This document shows positions 37,501 through 39,913 of a DNA stretch of 39,913 bases, piece by piece. Source of the DNA: Pseudomonadota bacterium. GTDB taxonomy: Bacteria; Bdellovibrionota; FAC87; UBA2466. The notes below the pieces were generated by a model. It was given only the letters and a program-made list of their open reading frames with translations, was not told where the DNA came from and did not search any database. A program made the position numbers and the translations under genes. Location of the stretch: the NCBI GenBank assembly GCA_043718025.1, contig JAYSWN010000044.1:1-39913 (forward strand), in the 5' to 3' direction. Positions within the stretch are counted from its first letter, which is position 1. Each line of letters opens with the position of its first letter.

Positions 37501-38461
37501 TCGAATTCCGGGTAACAATGCGAGCGACATTGGCCTGTACGTCTCAAAAGTGCTGGCCTACGAAAATGGCAGCGCCCGCCCGACCGGAGCCGCCCAAGCC
37601 CGCTTAACCGTAATTAGCGATACCGATCTCAATGGCGGCGAGCAGTTTGATGCCAAGATTGATCGCTTGGCGGCGCTGATTCCCCAGCTGTGGAACCCAC
37701 TGATTACGATTAATCAATTAAAGCGGAGTCAACTCGGCGATGCAAATTTGAAAGCGGGAATTCTCGACGCCTTTAATTCTGGTTCGTTACTTATTCATTT
37801 CTTAGGTCATGGGGCGGAAGATCGATGGGCTGACTCAGCGGTATTCTGGAAAGCGGATGCCGAGGCATTGACCAACACTCAGCTACCCATCGTCGTCGCC
37901 ATGAACTGCTTGAATGGCTACTTCTACGACGCGGATCCGACGGTGAAGAGTTTAACCGATAGCTTATTGTTCAACGCTAACGGCGGCGCGGTGGCGATGT
38001 TTGCCTCGACTTCGCTCACCTCACCCGAACTACAGGTTCCGATGCAAGATGCGCTATACGAGTACTTGGCCAAAAACCCAGGCAGCCGACTGGGCGACGC
38101 CGTTCGAATTGCCAAAGTGCAGTCAGGCATCAATGCGGGTACCGCCGAAGTGATTCGATCGTGGACGTTGTTCGGCGATCCGATGTTGCGGGTAAATGTT
38201 CCCATCAAGACCACGGCCTCGCTCGCTGTCCCGGTGGTTTCGGATGCGAAGGTGGCGGAGAGCACCGGTAGTTTAGCCGGATCTTCTTGCGCCAGCATTC
38301 GCGACCACGGCAGAAAAATGGGCCGTCCCGGCTGGGGCGCCTTCGCCGAGATCATGATTATGCTATTTGCAATCGTGGGCGGACGATTGATGATGCGCCA
38401 AGCGGCGGTTGTAAAAGTTCGCAGGTCACCTTTGCTTAAAGGGCAACGTCGGTCGAAATAG
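28505..38461 (+). CDS. Giant (3318 aa) secreted/surface repeat protein with C-terminal C25 (gingipain/PorU-like) cysteine peptidase domain
   Basis: GAGGT SD plus TTG start; signal peptide; Thr/Gly/Ala-rich repeats; FN3-like domain (LTWTT..E...GFNVYRS...YDFRD....TYYYRLEDI); C25 propeptide-like GKPELP; C25 motifs EDIYSEFG.G..SP.AIK.F, YVVLIGDASYDPK, LGRIP, FLGHG (His codon 37808), AMNCLNGYF (Cys codon 37907), LFGDP; C-terminal TM segment. Confidence 0.9.
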   Translation: MKKNGSKIWRFIYALCLLAFFIGTNQANGACTLGTDSCCLSTGGPSDNAATQYIWEPNTPYSGLWNWYNHWRVQADPNSIPDGKSGGTACGGTTTQCLGTAGAVVAGSAANEYAYIQSDWRIPAYPVNNYTLSCLKIASGTMTTANGVTITINSPAVVTVDGAGTGASQGHMYAVNTPIRFYTTGALPTGLTAGTLYFVQSVPAANTFTVSATSGGAAINTSGSQSGAHRVTQVATTTITIPTNATVTTPITGKSTTSISIPTPATVTQVDSSVTSAFAASAAAVTISVTSGTRYVQYSNSGLLVNDAVMFTAGTLPSPLASNTAYYVKAVNGAGTDRFTLTDSPGGPVITIAADATGLTLHRSAITFAGHGLSAGDPVVFATSRAPMTAGTIYYVSADLPPTTNLFDISTTPGGTHLTITGTGNSVMTRQAVRWPSHGLVADAPVQFTGGTLAAGLTASTVYYVVGAAAGIAGPATNSFSVSATIGGAPIVTTADSSPTVTGFQPSTFSYTAHGMAAGAPVNFTTTGTLPTGLTAGTIYYVAATPAPLTDSFYIAAAPGGAVIRATAAGTGTHTANKPGVVNWATHGLPAGTAVLFSGGTLPSEITANALYYVLATPTIQAGSFSIGTTAGGTAIPFTGSTAATITGKQPGVVTLNAHNLSAGYPVIFSTSGALPTGLTAGTTYYVASFPAPTANTFAVSATAGGAPIATTGTQSPTHTLSTVMTIAAEFFSNPNSGSLTTTNQFLLNMAGAAEQTLTNVDPINHLNISNNTTVNLTDNFTVSDNFTIADGTGIVKINNSLLISKSTTPVTIPASATLEIQSDAIFTALGGVVVNGVLKVKAGGTLLIGNGKTLQVNAGGVLQLIGNSGAVAKIDAVDGGSTYILNVAGSVNANYFSISRTTAPGLNITTAGSDSIQTLSNGEFHYLASGGYAVTLNTAKDVPTSPNPSGLGFFDDFAYANTKNFNATNYTGVAFTVSQWSGLGNTAYELDPSSKVGWGTQAPVALQVTNASASGSPPATIGRNSAETLFATFGFSLNGSGTATDITSVTFTLGGNNTASDVQYGRVYRDTNANCQYDPGVDLQVGSDLYFNNYPGIATVTIPATQLSVNSTTSKCLHVTLATSLNAHISSTIQLKIAGTADVTNSQAYAFSSASGPPVQGGTSTVVVGGSSIKVWNGGNGTAAAAQNWNANVTDWTPSGVPGASGTDDCQIGPAYSYLQLNANYSCLNVNLPNNGKMSFSPTTNTFTVLGALTIGSSYTFATSGNFTFASTVANQSITANTAFPGNVTINNTFNSGAGIVSVDSDFTVGGDLTLTSGVLRVTAGNTLYVNGNINVNGGTLKIEPGASVVLGDGKTLTVGASGTLEMVGSSAQNSNFTCAGTTTGCAVTVNGTIKAQYYSFSKLAVSGVTINSGATIDPTYYLQNGAFTFPVGTNPVLLTLNRQVPSTTWNSMVFDKNGSSATGAKSIVTTATASPNPSLTINNYSGDLTGNAFTTDIPYDIIWAIPTTTLKITTEDLVSTSWSATVTISGAATPAVVTWASHALAAGTQVSFTTTNALPTGLSPLTAYYVAASPAPTATTFSVAATAGGAAINTTAAGLGIQTATPAPISDVASPAVIAWKSHALTAGAQVTFTTNGTLPTGLATATIYYVASSPAPTANTFSVSTTSGGAALNTTVAGTGTHAANSTANNANQGDTSVRAGWFGFQETTAGTFANTDLTSIKITLDGTGASSDVSSARLYYDSTCAGSGGTFVGTAQTFSGSPATITFGSLTGVTVQSDVTSPPKRCVYVEYDVASAATSGATVIAKIQANGDVVNSQTYAFNGSFSPPKNGRTIAVVGNTTTWVGTTSTDWFTATNWSPPLVPTSAKNCIINDVTNDPVINAAGAVCKSLTIGNGILTINSGRNLDVFGSLTNTGTISQAASSSTITIKDGGTITNQTLQSSSALNYLVFDKTAGGYVYIGNQNLTINNFTIGSGKNFIFNVRAGDTLTLPNGATLSSATFQVDGDGTVAVGSGQTFLVNGATVKANGTNDGCITSYPGTTCMAGKALFTRSGGSGTWSFQTTSGVVDFTGWTVEWMDCNGMQIGGTTQVTNFNGGQIRNMPTGCGTFYGLQLNNSGGLPSTADYVGFNWGPNNTPLAPGTAYNLIRSTGCNANTMSFTNWFGDFSVALDQPVPSTKITTSNCTINMTAAASLVALTEIFKATPFNALVRLTWTTGLESLHQGFNVYRSTSPDSGYAQINGSLIRNPVQGGSIHGSYDFRDSGVTNNVTYYYRLEDIATNGVRTIHGPVAATPKAALGAAPAPTGNAVVAGNASGSGTPASDESTPGILNLAPGVSQLAKTKNSLRLRIEIPAVVRAASEVGGYEQLSIEGYATSTEAGKPELPERALLIEVPRSEVATFAEVSRTSNTLNTLNVVPAKTYSVDSNGNLVSSRAPDGTFYATNAALPASPIEIKDIIENQGLFYLPIIVKPIRYNPVNQQATALTQITFDVHFSGSPNWNIGSPVSESGAWGYEGSLKIHIKKSGLYKLRYSDLVNAGVDGPFVGANTSKLRLFSGSGEMPMQITSADTTFNDGDEIRFFAPYFSSVESDRNSLVLYVDTVDGLRMDSMVATPSGNASTQASYARRFEIKSSQYALFSDPVGAGAEHIYWSYHYFSAAQNSGSPDFNTDLNLPGLVNSGTVRIRLSLKGSRGGQLQNPIHHLKVYVNGSFSDSGDAEFQTNEPYSVQFDIPASQFIEGRNSIRVRVMGDRTGNDFDRVNFEKLSVEYPHRWSVESGVAEVLNYKAGKDIMLDGLTSGTVSVYDITTVDDVVRLTGFGISQDNGNFAVSFATASGDPSLGRRLQVVADSAVLLPWALELNPGSNLKATNQGADVLYIGPRRLMSPVARLAAQRRDDGFRTALVTTEDIYSEFGNGIRSPQAIKDFIAYAYANWQSPAPKYVVLIGDASYDPKNQLGYGLASGVPVYLNKGVYADYGDDHFYASLVSGSDVPLVSLGRIPGNNASDIGLYVSKVLAYENGSARPTGAAQARLTVISDTDLNGGEQFDAKIDRLAALIPQLWNPLITINQLKRSQLGDANLKAGILDAFNSGSLLIHFLGHGAEDRWADSAVFWKADAEALTNTQLPIVVAMNCLNGYFYDADPTVKSLTDSLLFNANGGAVAMFASTSLTSPELQVPMQDALYEYLAKNPGSRLGDAVRIAKVQSGINAGTAEVIRSWTLFGDPMLRVNVPIKTTASLAVPVVSDAKVAESTGSLAGSSCASIRDHGRKMGRPGWGAFAEIMIMLFAIVGGRLMMRQAAVVKVRRSPLLKGQRRSK

Positions 38462-39149
38462 TATAGTCAGACTTACCTTCCACTACTTTATAACTGTCGA
38501 CGTCATTCATGCCCCATTTTACGGCCAAGGCGTCGTAAATTTTTATCCAGCGTGAGTCGTTACCCTTGTCCTGCGCTTGAGAGTAGGTTTCTCCCCCTCC
38601 CCACGCTTTTAGAAACGTCGGAAGGTCGTGCGCGCCATTGGCGTTGACGCGGCGGGCGCCACTGGCCACTTTAAATCCGGCCGCGAGCCAATCGCCGGTG
38701 TGCGTAGCGCCGTAGCAGGCGGTGGAATTTAAGGCGCGAAGCTTGGTGGCTGAACCCGCAATGGCGGTTACGGCGGCGCGCACGTCTTTCATCGAAATTG
38801 CGCCTTCGTAAAAAGTGAGCGCCCCTTCATTGCCATGAACGTTGATGTAGGTATCGATGGCCATAGTTTCGACGCTGGCCACTTCGGCTTTAAGCGCGGC
38901 GAAAAAATTTTTGCTCGTGGCCTGGGCTCCGTTGAGCACGACCACTTTTCGGTACATAGGCTTGATTCTATTTTTGGTCTCCGCCAATCCTGCTGCCTCA
39001 ATCAAGTCATAGACCTGCTTTTTATCGGACGCGGCGTGAGTCGCCAGCTCAATCACCACCACCGCCACTCGGCCCGTGCGATCGACGGCCGCGTGCGCGC
39101 CTCCGCATAGAATTGTTGCCGCTAATGATCCAAAAATAACTGCTTTCAT
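38436..39149 (-). CDS. Secreted hypothetical protein, possible clan CD (caspase/CHAT-like) fold
   Basis: Signal peptide ending AHA; IDTYINVHG and LRALNSTACYG motifs; stop overlaps the giant gene's 3' end by 26 bp. Confidence 0.7.
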   Translation of the reverse strand: MKAVIFGSLAATILCGGAHAAVDRTGRVAVVVIELATHAASDKKQVYDLIEAAGLAETKNRIKPMYRKVVVLNGAQATSKNFFAALKAEVASVETMAIDTYINVHGNEGALTFYEGAISMKDVRAAVTAIAGSATKLRALNSTACYGATHTGDWLAAGFKVASGARRVNANGAHDLPTFLKAWGGGETYSQAQDKGNDSRWIKIYDALAVKWGMNDVDSYKVVEGKSDYTISTDVAL

Positions 39150-39316
39150 GCCGCCCCCGTTTTAACCCGTGTTTTTGGGTTTACCCCGCGGCTTACGCGG
39201 TTCAAAGCGGTTTAGCCTCAATGCGGCAATATTCTTAACATTGGCTAATCGCGGCGAAATCTCACCTCGCTGTTTTGGGCTTGAACTAAGCCCGCCTGGG
39301 GGGCTAAACCTCTCCC

Positions 39317-39565
39317 ATGATTGAGCTTTATCATGCTGAACGTTGCCCCTACTGCGTTAAAGTACGGGTTTTTCTTGAACAACAAGGCATTGCCTATGTT
39401 TCAAAACCAGTACCGATGGGGTCCGCCTCATCCGGCTTGAAAGAGGAACTTCGAAAGCTGGGTGGCAAAACTCAGGTGCCTTATCTCGTAGACCCAGAAC
39501 GAAACGTAAAAATGTACGAGAGCGATGACATCATCGCCTACGTAACCGAGCACTACACCGCATAG
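39317..39565 (+). CDS. Glutaredoxin-like / GST N-terminal domain protein
   Basis: CPYC active site, GGKTQVPYLVD, MYESDDII.Y. Confidence 0.92.
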   Translation: MIELYHAERCPYCVKVRVFLEQQGIAYVSKPVPMGSASSGLKEELRKLGGKTQVPYLVDPERNVKMYESDDIIAYVTEHYTA

Positions 39566-39572
39566 CGCCCCC

Positions 39573-39658
39573 AAAAGGTGCCCATCTACTTTTCAGCTGA
39601 AAAGGAAGCGGGTGCGATTCGCACCCGGCACTTTTCCGGCTGAAAAGTAGATGGGCAC
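39573..39658. repeat. REP-like element, two inverted copies forming a ~82-nt hairpin
   Basis: aaaaggtgcccatctacttttcagctgaaaaggaagcgggtgcg-att-cgcacccggcacttttccggctgaaaagtagatgggcac; same family as 21898-21941. Confidence 0.9.
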
Positions 39659-39913
39659 ACTGCTGTCCGGTTTAATTTGAAGCCCTGAGAGGTGCTTTGG
39701 ATGGGGCTCTTAGCAGGCGCAAGAAATACTCGCCGTTAACACGTCCCGAACCCCGTCTTTGTGAGGGCGCACCGCGCCCGAAGCAACCCTTTCACGTTGG
39801 AAGCTCAAATATCGTCGATAGTTTTCAATGCTGGGAAGATTGCCACGGATTCTTCGAACCCTCGCAAGGACGGAAATGGCGTTAACGCGCACCGCAGCGA
39901 ACCGGACAGCAGT
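39659..39913. mobile_element. Putative MITE, about 255 bp, with >=14-bp terminal inverted repeats
   Basis: ACTGCTGTCCGGTT (39659-39672) and its exact reverse complement AACCGGACAGCAGT (39900-39913, the window end); no credible protein inside. Confidence 0.65.

Noticed and set aside
23965..38461. RiPP/C25 locus as an island integrated at tRNA-Arg
   Set aside because: The duplicated tRNA 3' end lies only 107 bp away on the opposite side. The locus is 5' of the tRNA, and I saw no integrase or distal att copy.
39697..39892. Short ORFs inside the terminal element as transposase fragments
   Set aside because: No DDE, HUH or HTH-like motifs recognisable in either.

Overview
Bacterial chromosomal segment, with a gene style suggesting a Bdellovibrionota/Oligoflexia- or deltaproteobacteria-like organism (impression only). 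1-23.7 kb is mostly housekeeping: purB-purC-purS-purQ-purL-purF, an RNase E/G with a ~435-aa disordered insertion inside S1, archaeal/eukaryote-type proS, ispG, an NtrY/NtrX-like two-component pair, iscS-mnmA-mtaB, yceI and an acyl-CoA dehydrogenase. After tRNA-Arg(CCG) and a degenerate tandem copy of it comes the most interesting region (24.2-38.5 kb), a compact divergent RiPP-type locus. Its minus arm encodes an HPr-kinase-like P-loop kinase, a 60-aa precursor peptide (YxxP leader, two-Cys core, C-terminal Ser; not correctly delimited in the ORF track), an anchorless S26-type peptidase and a nucleotidyltransferase. Its plus arm encodes a PqqD/RRE protein, a radical SAM/SPASM enzyme and a 3318-aa secreted repeat protein ending in a gingipain/PorU-like C25 peptidase domain and a Cys-TM-Arg sorting-like tail. 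No lasso cyclase or B2 protease is present. Unexplained non-coding structures include a 186-nt imperfect hairpin (16490-16675), a perfect 27-bp inverted repeat (23842-23955), a REP-like palindromic repeat at two loci, and a 255-bp TIR-bounded MITE-like element at the right edge. All family calls come from reading motifs by eye; no searches were run.
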